64,000 nt of DNA from Candidatus Multivorans sp. (lineage in GTDB: Bacteria > Acidobacteriota > Thermoanaerobaculia > Multivoradales > Multivoraceae), in assembly GCA_965247095.1 (NCBI GenBank), contig OZ251997.1:2595689-2659688 (forward strand), read 5' to 3'. Below are positions 37,737-47,203 of the stretch, in pieces. The position numbers were made by a program, and so were the translations under genes. The notes under the pieces are model-generated. The model was not told where the DNA came from. It ran no database searches and saw nothing but the letters and a program-made list of their open reading frames with translations. The first letter of the stretch is position 1, and each line of letters begins with the position of its first letter.

Positions 37737-38936
37737 CTAACTCCCGGCTGGTGGAAGAACCGTCATCTTCATCCAGTCCGCCGTGTTGTGAAAGTCCGCC
37801 CGGGAGTTCTCCGGATAGTCGGACTCGCTCAGGTAGCGGCCGGCGAGCACGCCCATCGCCATCGGCGCCCAGGTAATCACGCCCACGCCGAGGCGCTGGC
37901 ACATCGGGATCAGCTCGTTCTCGATCCGGCGGTCGAGCAGGTTGTAGGGCGGTTGCTCGCTGACGAAGCGGGCGTAGCCCTTCAGTTCGCTCGTCATCAC
38001 GGCTTCGGCGACCATCCAGGCCGGGTGGGTCGAGCAGCCGATGTAGCGGATCTTGCCGGTCCGCACCAGGTCGTCCAGAGCTCTCAGGATCTCGTCGAAC
38101 GGGATCTCGGGCGACGGGCGGTGCAGTTGATAGAGGTCGATGTAGTCGGTCTGCAACCTTCGGAGCGACGCCTCGCAGGCGCGGATCAGGTTGAGGCGCG
38201 AGTGGCCGTACTCGTTGGGACCGATGCTGGCGGTGTAGTCCGTAACGCTCTCGCCGACGACTCGCCGCCCGAACGTGGTGTTGAAGAACTCGAGGTCGTC
38301 CTGGATGAACTGGAAGCCCTGCAGTCCCGTTTCGAGAAAGGCCATGTGGTCCGTGCAGCAGGTGTTGCCGGGCACGATCCAGGACATCCCCACATCGTGG
38401 AAGGGCGCCATCCAGGCCTCGAAGATCGGTCGCGCCCTGTCGTTGCCCTGCAGGTAGATGCCTCGGAAGCGGCCGTACCAGTCGACGTTGAAGTACACGG
38501 ACAGGTTCGCGTGCGCGGCCGGCTTCTCGGGCGACTCGGGATCGCCGAAGTGCTCGCGCACGTAGACCCGGGAGCCGAGCAGCCCGCTCTCTTCCGCGCC
38601 CCAGAGCGCTGCTCGGATCGTGCGCCGGGGCTTGAGGTCGAGGGCCCGCAGGAGCCGCATCGCCTCCATCACGATCGCACTGCCCGCCGCGTTGTCGGTG
38701 GCAGCCGTCGTAGGAGGGGAGTTCGCGTACCGGGGACCGTAGACGTCGGTCAGGACGCGGGCGAACTCCATCACCTGGGAGCGCCGAAAGCCCTCGTCGC
38801 GCAGGTCGGCTACGACGGTCTCGGCGCCAGCGGTCGGCTTGCCGTCGCCGTGTTCCTCGGCGCGAGACTCGTTCCCGCCGAGCAGCGCAACGAGCGCGAG
38901 GAGTGCCGGCATCCGGGTGACACCGCGTGCGATCAT
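37737..38936 (-). pseudogene. chimeric ORF: M28 peptidase (signal peptide, internally deleted) fused in frame to a duplicated 3' fragment of the aldo/keto reductase gene
   Basis: [21 protein letters not shown] signal; M28 pieces (…[18 protein letters not shown]…[11 protein letters not shown]…TDHMAF…) with the HxD region missing; the C-terminal ~200 aa (…[49 protein letters not shown]…) are ~80% identical at nt level to 24004..~24600. Confidence 0.5.
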
Positions 38937-38960
38937 CAGCAGCCTGGCACTATACAGCCG

Positions 38961-39007
38961 TCCCGGGCACACGGATGGCACGCGGGCGTCTCGCCCGCAT
39001 CCGGCGG
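38961..39007 (+). repeat. REP/MITE-like hairpin repeat copy (between two gene fragments)
   Basis: …GGCACGCGGGCGTCTCGCCCGCATCCGGCGGCG. Confidence 0.7.
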
Positions 39008-39008
39008 C

Positions 39009-39500
39009 GACTACACTGCCGCAGTGTCGGCCATCGATTTCGTCCAGCGGATGATCTCGGCCGATTCGGGCCGCTCGGCCAAGCGCGGCTGCTATCTGGC
39101 CGCGGGGCTGACGCTGGTGGTCGGGCTCGCCGTCTCCCTGATCGGGCTGTCGGCGTTCTACTTCGGCCGGGACCCGGGTTCCTCGCTGCTGATCGACCTC
39201 GCCTTGAGCGATCTGCCGGGCCTGGTGGGCGGCGGGATCCTGCTCGGTCTGTTCTGGCGCAAGGCGAACACTCCGGGGGCACTGGCCGGTGTGATTGCCG
39301 GTAGCGTCGCCCGAATGACTCTCCACTTCGCGGTGGCCGATGCGTACCGCGGCCTCGACACCCTGCTGGCGCCGGTCTTCAGCCTGGCCGCCATGGTGAC
39401 CGTGTCGCTGCTGACCCAGGCCGCGTATCGACCGCGGCACGACGAGTTGAAGCGCGTGCCGTCCGAGCGCGATCTTGTGGCTGGCCTGGACGGCGCCTAG
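39009..39500 (+). pseudogene. C-terminal fragment of a sodium:solute symporter (SSS) family transporter
   Basis: …[77 protein letters not shown]… matches only the last ~160 aa of SSS transporters; no upstream body. Confidence 0.5.
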
Positions 39501-39534
39501 GAGTCCGCGAGGCGGAGCGATGGGCCACTCTGGA

Positions 39535-39570
39535 CCTGGGAACGCGGGCGTCTCGCCCGCATCCGGCGCT
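39535..39570 (+). repeat. REP/MITE-like hairpin repeat copy abutting the IS630 left end
   Basis: CCTGGGAACGCGGGCGTCTCGCCCGCATCCGGCGC, followed immediately by the IS630 inverted repeat. Confidence 0.75.
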
Positions 39571-40710
39571 AGTGTAGTGTCTCCGATATGGGTTGACAGT
39601 TTCGGGCAAGTTCGTCAGTATGCCGTTCATGTGGGAACCAGCGGAACGACTTCACATCGAAGAGAGGGATCGAGCGCTTCTCAAGAAATGGGTAGAGGCG
39701 CCGACGACGACGCAACGCACGGTCCGGCGTAGCCGGATCGTGCTCGCTGCGGCGGAGGGCACGGCCAATCGGGCGATTGCGGCGAAACTCGGCGTTTCGC
39801 GGCCCACGGTGCTGCTGTGGCGTCGTCGGTTCGCGGAGGACGGACCTTCGGGGCTGACCAGGGATCGTCCCCGCGGTTGCGGAAAGCCGCCGCTCTCGGA
39901 GTCGGTCGTGCGTAAAGTGATCGAAGCGACGCTGCACGAGAAGCCGCCCGGTCAGACCCACTGGAGCGTGCGTTCGATGGCTCGGGCCCAGGGCATCAGT
40001 CCGGCGGCGGTCCAGCGCATCTGGGTGGCGCACGGGCTGAAGCCCCATCTGGTCAAGACGTTCAAGCTGAGCAACGACCCCAGGTTCGTGGAAAAGCTGC
40101 GGGACGTTGTGGGCCTGTACCGGAATCCGCCCGAGAACGCGCTTGTGCTGTGCGTGGACGAGAAGAGCCAGATCCAGGCTCTGGACCGGACCCAGCCGGG
40201 CTTGCCGCTCAAGCGCGGCCGCGCGGGAACGATGACCCACGACTACAAGCGCAACGGGACGACGACGTTGTTCGCTGCGCTGAACGTGTTGGAGGGCACG
40301 GTGATCGCGGAGTGCATGGGCCGGCAGCGCCACCAGGAGTTTCTCCGTTTCCTCAAGCGTCTCGACCGTGAGATCCCGAAGCATCTCGACCTGCACCTGA
40401 TCCTGGACAACTACCAGACCCACAAACACGACGCCGTGCGCGCATGGCTGGAGCGAAAGCCTCGCTTCCACTTCCATTTCATTCCCACTTCGTCGCCCTG
40501 GCTCAACCTGGTCGAACGCTGGCTGGGCGGTCTGACCACGAAGGCGATCCGGCGCGGTGCATTCCAGAGCGTCAACGACCTCGTAAAGACCATCTACGAC
40601 TACGTGGAGCACAGCAACGAAAACTCCCGGCCGTTCGTCTGGACGGCCACCGCCGACAGCATCATCGCAAAGGTTACACGTGGTAAAGCCATGTTGGAGA
40701 CAGTACACTA
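39571..40710 (+). mobile_element. IS630-family insertion sequence
   Basis: Terminal inverted repeats TAGTGTAGTGTCTCC (39571-) and GGAGACAGTACACTA (-40710); single transposase ORF. Confidence 0.8.
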
Positions 40711-40711
40711 G
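39593..40711 (+). CDS. IS630-family transposase (DDE)
   Basis: N-terminal HTH (…[21 protein letters not shown]…), DDE region (…[12 protein letters not shown]…[15 protein letters not shown]…[13 protein letters not shown]…). Confidence 0.85.
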   Translation: MTVSGKFVSMPFMWEPAERLHIEERDRALLKKWVEAPTTTQRTVRRSRIVLAAAEGTANRAIAAKLGVSRPTVLLWRRRFAEDGPSGLTRDRPRGCGKPPLSESVVRKVIEATLHEKPPGQTHWSVRSMARAQGISPAAVQRIWVAHGLKPHLVKTFKLSNDPRFVEKLRDVVGLYRNPPENALVLCVDEKSQIQALDRTQPGLPLKRGRAGTMTHDYKRNGTTTLFAALNVLEGTVIAECMGRQRHQEFLRFLKRLDREIPKHLDLHLILDNYQTHKHDAVRAWLERKPRFHFHFIPTSSPWLNLVERWLGGLTTKAIRRGAFQSVNDLVKTIYDYVEHSNENSRPFVWTATADSIIAKVTRGKAMLETVH

Positions 40712-41036
40712 CAGCAGCCTCGACGAACAGGTTCGGCGCCTGGAGCGCCTGCTCCGACGCGAGCTCGAGGCGGAGGGCCTCAAGGTGGAGGAAGCTGTCG
40801 AGAAGGGCGAACGGGTGCTGGTCATCGGCGAAATGAGGATCTTCCCCCGGCGTCTTCTCGAAGGCCAACTCACGGCAGCCGATACAAGCGACTCGAGCAC
40901 CGTCGACCTCGATTGGCTCGCCGCCGCCCACCGCAGTTACTTCCGCAACCTGCGCCGGTTCCATCCGAGTCTGGTCGTTCGGTAGCAGCGTGCGCGGCAG
41001 GAAGAATCGGCGTACCCCATGTTCTGCGGCGCACGC

Positions 41037-41360
41037 TTGCATGGAACAAACCCCTCGTCCTGGCCGGCCCTTCGTGCCTAATGCGGGCGAGACGCCCGCG
41101 TTCCCCAGGGCGGACCGAAGTAGCGACCACGCTCTTACGGTGTTCCCTGCGCGACAGCGCAGCGATACCGCTGTGGGTACTTGCATGGAACAAACCCCTC
41201 GTCCTGGCCGGCCCTTCGTGCCTAATGCGGGCGAGACGCCCGCGTTCCCCAGGGCGGACCGAAGTAGCGACCACGCTCTTACGGTGTTCCCTGCGCGACA
41301 GCGCAGCGATACCGCTGTGGGTACTTGCATGGAACAAGCCCTGTTCCCTGTGCGTCAGCG
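41037..41360 (+). repeat. tandem direct repeat, 144-bp unit x ~2.2; each unit embeds a reverse-oriented REP-like hairpin
   Basis: Unit begins TTGCATGGAACAAACCCCTCGTCCTGGCCGGCCCTTCGTGCCTAATGCGGGCGAGACGCCCGCGTTCCCCAGGGCGG… at 41037, 41181 and partially at 41325; no spacers, so not CRISPR. Confidence 0.8.
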
Positions 41361-41410
41361 CGGCGCGGACGCCGCGACTCGACTCCTAGCCGGCGTACAC
41401 TTGGCGGCCG

Positions 41411-42460
41411 ATGCGGAACGCCTTGGCTCTGGGCCGTCGATCGATCCTGCTAGCGCTCGCGGCGGCCGCGGCCGCGGTGGGCTGCGGCGGTGACGGCCGG
41501 ACGCCGGTGGTCGTCTACTCGCCGCACGGCCGGGATCTTCTGACCGTCGTCGAGCAGGCTTACGAGCAGGCCCGTCCCGATGTCGATGTCCGTTGGCTCG
41601 ACATGGGTTCGCAGGAGGTCTACGACCGCATCCGCTCGGAGCGTGCGAACCCGCAGGCGGACGTGTGGTTCGGCGGCCCGGCGACGATCCTGGCCCGCGG
41701 CGCGGCGGAGGGCCTGCTGGCGCCGTTCGAGCCCTCGTGGGCCGGCGCTCTCGATGCCGCCGACCGGCATCCTGAAGGTCTCTACTACACGCTCTACCAG
41801 ACGCCGACGATCATCGTCTACAACCGCGACGCGATCAGCGCCGAGGAGGCGCCGGCCGACTGGGACGATCTGCTGGACGAGCGCTGGCAGGACGAGATCG
41901 TGATCCGCGACCCGCTCGCCAGCGGCACGATGCGGACGATCTTCGGCAAGATCCTGGCCGACTCGGTGGTCGAGACCGGCAGCACGGAGGCCGGCTTCGA
42001 CTGGTTGCGACGGCTCGACGGACAGACCCGGGAGTACGTGCACAGTCCGGCGGTGCTGCACGAGAAGCTGACCCGCCAGGAGGGTCTGCTCACGCTCTGG
42101 GAAATGACGGACACGCTGTCCCTGATCGACCGGGGCGCGCCCGTGGCGTACCGGTTCCCGGAGAGCGGAACGGCCGTGATCCAGGACTCGGTGGGCGTCG
42201 TCGCGGGCGCCCGCCACCCGGACGCGGCGGCGGCCTTCGTCGAGTGGCTGGGCTCGCCCGAAGCCCTGGGTCTGGCGGTGCGCGAGGCGTTCCGCCTGCC
42301 GGCCCGGGGCGACCTGGACGCGGCGGAGCTCGCGCCCTGGGTGGCGGACGTGCAGTCGCGGCTGCGCCGGGCCGAGGTCGACTGGCAGATGATCGAGGAG
42401 AACGGCAGCGAGTGGATGGCGCAGTGGGACCGGGCCGTTCGCGGCCAGGGCGGAGGATGA
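41411..42460 (+). CDS. ABC transporter substrate-binding lipoprotein (Fe3+/PotD-like extracellular solute-binding family)
   Basis: Signal/lipobox …LALAAAAAAVGCGGD; family-typical length and motifs; first gene of an ABC operon. Confidence 0.75.
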   Translation: MRNALALGRRSILLALAAAAAAVGCGGDGRTPVVVYSPHGRDLLTVVEQAYEQARPDVDVRWLDMGSQEVYDRIRSERANPQADVWFGGPATILARGAAEGLLAPFEPSWAGALDAADRHPEGLYYTLYQTPTIIVYNRDAISAEEAPADWDDLLDERWQDEIVIRDPLASGTMRTIFGKILADSVVETGSTEAGFDWLRRLDGQTREYVHSPAVLHEKLTRQEGLLTLWEMTDTLSLIDRGAPVAYRFPESGTAVIQDSVGVVAGARHPDAAAAFVEWLGSPEALGLAVREAFRLPARGDLDAAELAPWVADVQSRLRRAEVDWQMIEENGSEWMAQWDRAVRGQGGG

Positions 42461-43599
42461 GTCTGACGGCGGGCGTCTCCGTCCGGTTCGACGACGTCTT
42501 CAAGTCGTTCGACGACACGGTCGTCCTCGCCGGCGTCTCGCTCACCGTTGAACCAGGTGAGATCTTCGCCCTGCTGGGGCCGAGCGGCAGCGGCAAGACG
42601 ACCATGCTGCGGCTGCTGGCGGGCTTCGAGCAGCTCGACCGCGGCCGCCTGCTGATCGCGGACGAGGCGGTCGAGCACCTGCCGCCCGCCCGCCGCGGCG
42701 TCGGCATGTTGTTCCAGAGCTACGCGCTCTTCCCGCATCTGAGCGTGGCGGAGAACGTGGCCTTCGGTCTCAAGGTCCGCGGCGGCGGGCAGGGCGAGGT
42801 GCAGGGGCGGGTGGCCGAGATGCTCGAGCTCGTGCGCCTCGGCGGTTTCGAGGCGCGCCGCATCGCCGAGCTCTCGGGCGGCCAGCAGCAGCGGGTCGCC
42901 CTGGCCCGGGCATTGGCGCCGCGGCCGCGGGTGCTGCTGCTGGACGAGCCGCTATCGAACCTCGATCCGGCGCTGCGTGAGGAGACCCGCGCAGATCTGC
43001 GCCGTGCGGTCAAGCAGACCGGCATCACGACGGTGCTGGTCACCCACGAACAGGAGGAGGCGTTCGAGCTCGGCGAACGGATCGGGGTTCTCAACGGCGG
43101 CCGCCTGGAGCAGGTCGCGGCGCCCGCCGAGCTGTACCAGGATCCGGCTTCGCGCTTTGTGGCGACGTTCGTCGGCCGCTGCTCCGTGCTGCCGGGGGTG
43201 GTCGAAGCCGGGGGCGACGGCGGCGCGCTCGACGTTCGGATCGAATCGCAGGGGGCGCCGCAGGTCTGGCGTTGCCGGGGCGGCGACGGGATCGGGGCCG
43301 GCGACCGGGTCGATGTCTGCGTTCGCCCGGAATCCCTGGAGCTGGCGACGGGCGCGGGCGCCGGGCTGGCGGGCGAGATCGCCGCGGAGCGCTACACCGG
43401 CAGCAACAGCTTCTACACGGTTCGGTTGACCACGCCGTCGGGCGGGTCGGGGGCCGCGTCGCGTTCGGTCACCGTCGAGGTGGCGATGCCCGGCACCGCG
43501 GCCGGTCTGACCGGCGCCTGCGTGGTGCGACCGCTTCCGGAGGAGCCGCCGTGCGTTTTCGCGGCCGGGGCAGCCGGGGCAACCGGGGCCGAACCTTGA
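42457..43599 (+). CDS. ABC transporter ATP-binding protein (FbpC/PotA-like)
   Basis: Walker A GPSGSGKTT, signature LSGGQQQRVALARAL, Walker B VLLLDEPLS; ATGA overlap with the SBP gene. Confidence 0.85.
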   Translation: MSLTAGVSVRFDDVFKSFDDTVVLAGVSLTVEPGEIFALLGPSGSGKTTMLRLLAGFEQLDRGRLLIADEAVEHLPPARRGVGMLFQSYALFPHLSVAENVAFGLKVRGGGQGEVQGRVAEMLELVRLGGFEARRIAELSGGQQQRVALARALAPRPRVLLLDEPLSNLDPALREETRADLRRAVKQTGITTVLVTHEQEEAFELGERIGVLNGGRLEQVAAPAELYQDPASRFVATFVGRCSVLPGVVEAGGDGGALDVRIESQGAPQVWRCRGGDGIGAGDRVDVCVRPESLELATGAGAGLAGEIAAERYTGSNSFYTVRLTTPSGGSGAASRSVTVEVAMPGTAAGLTGACVVRPLPEEPPCVFAAGAAGATGAEP

Positions 43600-43643
43600 A
43601 CTCGGCCAGTCGCGGCCGCGGCTCGTTGCAGCTCCGGTCGCTG

Positions 43644-45284
43644 ATGCCGTGGCTGCTGCTGGCGTTCCTGGTCTGGCTGGTCGGCTATCCGCTGCTCGTG
43701 GTGGCGGCCGAGGCGTTCGGCATCGGCGGTCTGGAGGGGGACGGTCCGACGACGGAGGCGTTCCGCTCCTTCTTCAGCCGGGCGGACGAGTGGAACGCGA
43801 TGTGGCGGACGCTGTGGATCTCCGTGCTGTCCACGCTCGCCGCGGCCGCGGTCGGGGTGCCGCTCGGCTTCCTGTTCGAGCGCAACGAGATTCCGGGCCG
43901 GCGTCTTCTCGGCGCCCTGGTCGCGCTGCCGGTGGCGCTACCGCCGCTGGTGGGCGTCATCGCGTTTCTCTTCCTCTACGGCGAGAGCGGTCTCGCCGCG
44001 CGGGGGCTGCAGACCCTGGGTCTCGACGTGTCGTGGCGGCTGACCGGGCCGGCGGCCATCCTCCTGGTCCACGCGTACTCGATGTACGTGTACTTCTACC
44101 TGTTCACCCGGGCGGGACTCTCCGGGCAGGACGGCGCCGCCATCGAGGCCGCCCAGAGCCTGGGCGCGAAGCGGTCGCAGATCCTGTTCCGGGTCACCCT
44201 GCCGCGGCTGCGGCCGGCCCTGGCGGGCGCCACGCTGCTCACCTTCATGACCTCGCTCGGCTCGTTCTCGGCCCCCTACATCTTCGGCGGCGGCTTCCGC
44301 GTGATGACCACGCAGATCGTCGCCTCCAAGCTGAACGGGGAGCTGCGCATGGCCTACGTCGAGACGACCATGCTGGCGCTGATGGCGTTCGGCGCCCTGC
44401 TCCTGCTGCGCCGGATCGATCCGGGCCTGGACCTGGCGTCGGGCGCGCGTGGCACGCCGCCGGCGCGGCGGCGCCTGCACAGCCGGGGCGGCCGCGTTGC
44501 CGCCGCAGCCGGCGGCTGGATCCTCGCCGGGGTCTTGCTCCTGCCGCATGCGACGTTGATCCTGATGTCGCTTGTGCCGCCGAACACCTGGACCGTGGAG
44601 GCGTTCCCGCCGGTCCTGGGCCTCGTCAACTACGGCGATCTGCTGTCGTCGGCGGAACGGCTGCGGCCGGCCCTGAACTCGCTCTGGATGGCCGCCGCGG
44701 CGACGCTGGCGGCGGTGGTCGTGGGCGTCGTGACGGCGCGCCTGTCGCTCCGGCGCGGCGGTCTGCCCGGGCGCGCACTGGAGACGATGATGACCCTGCC
44801 CTGGGCGATTCCGGGGACGGTCTTCGCCCTCGCCCTGGCCGCGGCGATGAGCGTCAACGCTCCCTGGGTCGGTCGCTTCGTGCTGGTGGGCACGATCTGG
44901 ATCCTGCCGCTGGCCTACCTGGTGCGCTCCCTGCCGCTGACCGGCCGCTCGGTGTTCGCGGCCCTGCGGCAGCTCGACCCGCGCCTGGAGGAGGCCGCGG
45001 CGAGTCTCGGCGCCGGCGCGTTGAGAACGGTGCTGCAGATCGTGCTCCCCCTGCTGCGGCCGGCGGTGATCGCGGGCGCCGGCCTTGCCTTCATCACCAT
45101 GCTGGGCGACTTCGTGACCTCGATCGTGCTCTACACCTACGACACCCGCCCGATCTCGATCGAGATCCAGTCCAGCCTGCGGATCCAGGAGACCGGTATT
45201 GCCGCCGCCTACGGCGTGCTGCTCATGCTCTTGAGCGCGGCCGCATTCATCGCCTGGAACGACCGCGCCGGCGGGCGGCTCTGA
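43644..45284 (+). CDS. ABC transporter permease, duplicated two-domain (FbpB-like)
   Basis: Two repeats of the binding-protein-dependent transport inner-membrane motif (…AAQSLGAKRSQILFRVTLP… and …EAAASLGAGALRTVLQIVLP…). Confidence 0.8.
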   Translation: MPWLLLAFLVWLVGYPLLVVAAEAFGIGGLEGDGPTTEAFRSFFSRADEWNAMWRTLWISVLSTLAAAAVGVPLGFLFERNEIPGRRLLGALVALPVALPPLVGVIAFLFLYGESGLAARGLQTLGLDVSWRLTGPAAILLVHAYSMYVYFYLFTRAGLSGQDGAAIEAAQSLGAKRSQILFRVTLPRLRPALAGATLLTFMTSLGSFSAPYIFGGGFRVMTTQIVASKLNGELRMAYVETTMLALMAFGALLLLRRIDPGLDLASGARGTPPARRRLHSRGGRVAAAAGGWILAGVLLLPHATLILMSLVPPNTWTVEAFPPVLGLVNYGDLLSSAERLRPALNSLWMAAAATLAAVVVGVVTARLSLRRGGLPGRALETMMTLPWAIPGTVFALALAAAMSVNAPWVGRFVLVGTIWILPLAYLVRSLPLTGRSVFAALRQLDPRLEEAAASLGAGALRTVLQIVLPLLRPAVIAGAGLAFITMLGDFVTSIVLYTYDTRPISIEIQSSLRIQETGIAAAYGVLLMLLSAAAFIAWNDRAGGRL

Positions 45285-45303
45285 GCGCGGGCCGCCTCCT
45301 GCT

Positions 45304-46479
45304 GTGCCGCGACTGATCGACCATCGCCTGGGGGCGCTGATGGCGGTCGCGTTCGTGTGCACGCTGGGCGAGTTCCTAGTCGTAGCACTTCTCCCGTTCT
45401 ACGCGGAGCGATACGGCGCGAGTCCCTTCGAAGTCGGCGCTCTGGTGTCCGCCTTCGCCCTGGCGGCGATGGCGACCGCACCGCTCTGGGGCCGGCTCGC
45501 CGACCGCTCGGGGCGCAGGCCGGCGCTGCTGCTCGGCCTTCTGGTGTCGGCTGTGGGCTTCGCCCTTTTCGGCGTGGCGCAGTCGATCGAGTTGCTGCTG
45601 CTGAGCCGCCTGGTGCAGGGTGTGGGTGGCGGCACGGTGCCGGTGGTGTTCGCCTACATCGCCGACTCGGTGACCGGCGAGCGGCGCGCCGAGGGTGTCG
45701 GGTGGGTGACCGCCGTCACCAGCTCAGCGGCGATGATCGGCCCGGCCGTGGGCAGTTTCGCGGGCCAGGTCCATCCGGCCGGGCCCGGAGCGGTGGCCGC
45801 GGCGCTCAGCGTGGCGGCCGCGGTGTTCGCGCACTTCTGGCTGCCGGAGTCGCGGCCGCGAGGGACGCCGAGCGGCGAGGGGGAGGAGGCGCGGTACTCG
45901 ATCCTGGGGGCCGTCGGCCGGGTAGCCGCACAGCCGCTTCGCCCGCTCAATCTCCTGATCTGGATCTACGCCGCCGGGCAAATCGGCATGGCGGGGATGA
46001 CGGCGATCATCGGCCTCTACCTGGGGCGTCGTTTCGGAGTGGACGAGTCGAACATCGGGTTGTTCTTCTTCTATCTGGGCGGCCTGTCCATCGTCTTCCG
46101 CGTTCTCGTTCTGGGGCGGGCGGTCCGTCGCTGGGGCGAGGTCAACGTCTTGCGCACCGGCGCCTTGAGCTTCGGCGCCGGGCTGATTGCGATCCCGTTC
46201 GCCACCGGGCTATGGACGCTCGGGGCGGCGATCTTCCTCGTCCCGTTGGGCACTTCGCTGCTGTTCCCGTGCACGACCTCGCAGGTCTCGAAGCGCGCCC
46301 CCGGAAGCGGCGTCGTGGGGCAGGTGCTCGGCGTGCAACAGGCCTACGGCAACGCCAGCAAGATCGCCGCGCCGCTCCTTGCGGGCTATCTGTTCCAGGA
46401 GCTGTCGCCGGGCGCGCCGTTCGTGGTCATCGGCGCAGTGCTGCTCGTTGCTGCCGTGGCGTCGTTCCGGTTGCGGTGA
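45304..46479 (+). CDS. MFS transporter
   Basis: 12-TM pattern; GRLADRSGRR motif between TM2 and TM3. Confidence 0.8.
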   Translation: MPRLIDHRLGALMAVAFVCTLGEFLVVALLPFYAERYGASPFEVGALVSAFALAAMATAPLWGRLADRSGRRPALLLGLLVSAVGFALFGVAQSIELLLLSRLVQGVGGGTVPVVFAYIADSVTGERRAEGVGWVTAVTSSAAMIGPAVGSFAGQVHPAGPGAVAAALSVAAAVFAHFWLPESRPRGTPSGEGEEARYSILGAVGRVAAQPLRPLNLLIWIYAAGQIGMAGMTAIIGLYLGRRFGVDESNIGLFFFYLGGLSIVFRVLVLGRAVRRWGEVNVLRTGALSFGAGLIAIPFATGLWTLGAAIFLVPLGTSLLFPCTTSQVSKRAPGSGVVGQVLGVQQAYGNASKIAAPLLAGYLFQELSPGAPFVVIGAVLLVAAVASFRLR

Positions 46480-46720
46480 TCGCTGCGCTCTACCCGGACG
46501 TCGGGTCGCATTCAGTGCTGCCGTTTATCCATTGACCAGACCCACGCAGAGACAACCGGCGAAGCCCGCCGGAGAAAGTCGCCACAGTCCGGGAATGTCG
46601 AGGCCGATGGCCGCGGGCCGGGTCGGATCCGGCTGCCTCGTCAGGGCCACTGGAACCAGCGCGAGGGTGAGGAGGATCGCCGTGCTGAACAGCAGGGCGG
46701 CAGTTGCCTGAGCATCGCGG

Positions 46721-47203
46721 TCATCTCTTGTTGCGGCGGCCCGCTTCAAGAGCCTGGAGGACCTCCTCCGGGGTTCGTTCGGCAGAGGCGAACGGATCGA
46801 TCACCCGAACTTCGCCGAAAGTCTGGCCGTGCTGGAGATCCTCGGTGAGGAGGACCGGACATCCACACGATTGAGCGGCCGCCACGATCAACGCGTCCCA
46901 CCAGGACAGCGAAGTGGCCTGCTCGAGAATCCACGCTCGTTCCATGATGGCGAGGTTGACCGGGACCGGCTGCCACGCGGCCAGAGCCCGGACGATCTGG
47001 CGAGCTTTGGCGCCGCCCATGCCCGGCTTCAGCTTGCGGGTAAGGGTCGCGTACAGCTCCTGCAAGACCTGCACACTCAGGCGGCCGGAGTGGCTGCGCC
47101 ATAGATACGAGTACCAGTCTTCGGCACGCGACTGCTTCGCCGGGTCGGACGAGTCGTGCCGGTAGACGAGTACGTTCGTGTCAACGAAGACCGGGCCGGT
47201 CAT
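46721..47203 (-). CDS. vapC: PIN-domain toxin (VapC-like)
   Basis: MTGPVFVDTNVLVY…; overlaps the upstream RHH antitoxin gene. Confidence 0.8.
   Translation of the reverse strand: MTGPVFVDTNVLVYRHDSSDPAKQSRAEDWYSYLWRSHSGRLSVQVLQELYATLTRKLKPGMGGAKARQIVRALAAWQPVPVNLAIMERAWILEQATSLSWWDALIVAAAQSCGCPVLLTEDLQHGQTFGEVRVIDPFASAERTPEEVLQALEAGRRNKR

Noticed and set aside
40674-41337. ORFs 40674..41330 (-), 40870..41337 (-), 40913..41493 (+) with internally repeated peptide sequences
   Set aside because: They are translations of the 144-bp tandem repeat/REP array, not genes; repeat units are contiguous with no unique spacers, so this is also not a CRISPR array
42244-42456. N-terminal extension of the ABC ATPase ORF (starting 42244)
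   Set aside because: Overlaps the SBP gene; Gly/Arg-rich; the ATG at 42457 overlapping the SBP stop is the natural coupled start
46525-46749. 74-aa minus-strand ORF between the MFS transporter and PIN genes
   Set aside because: It could be a small membrane protein (hydrophobic stretch), but there is no RBS or conservation evidence and it overlaps the PIN gene's 3' end; left uncalled
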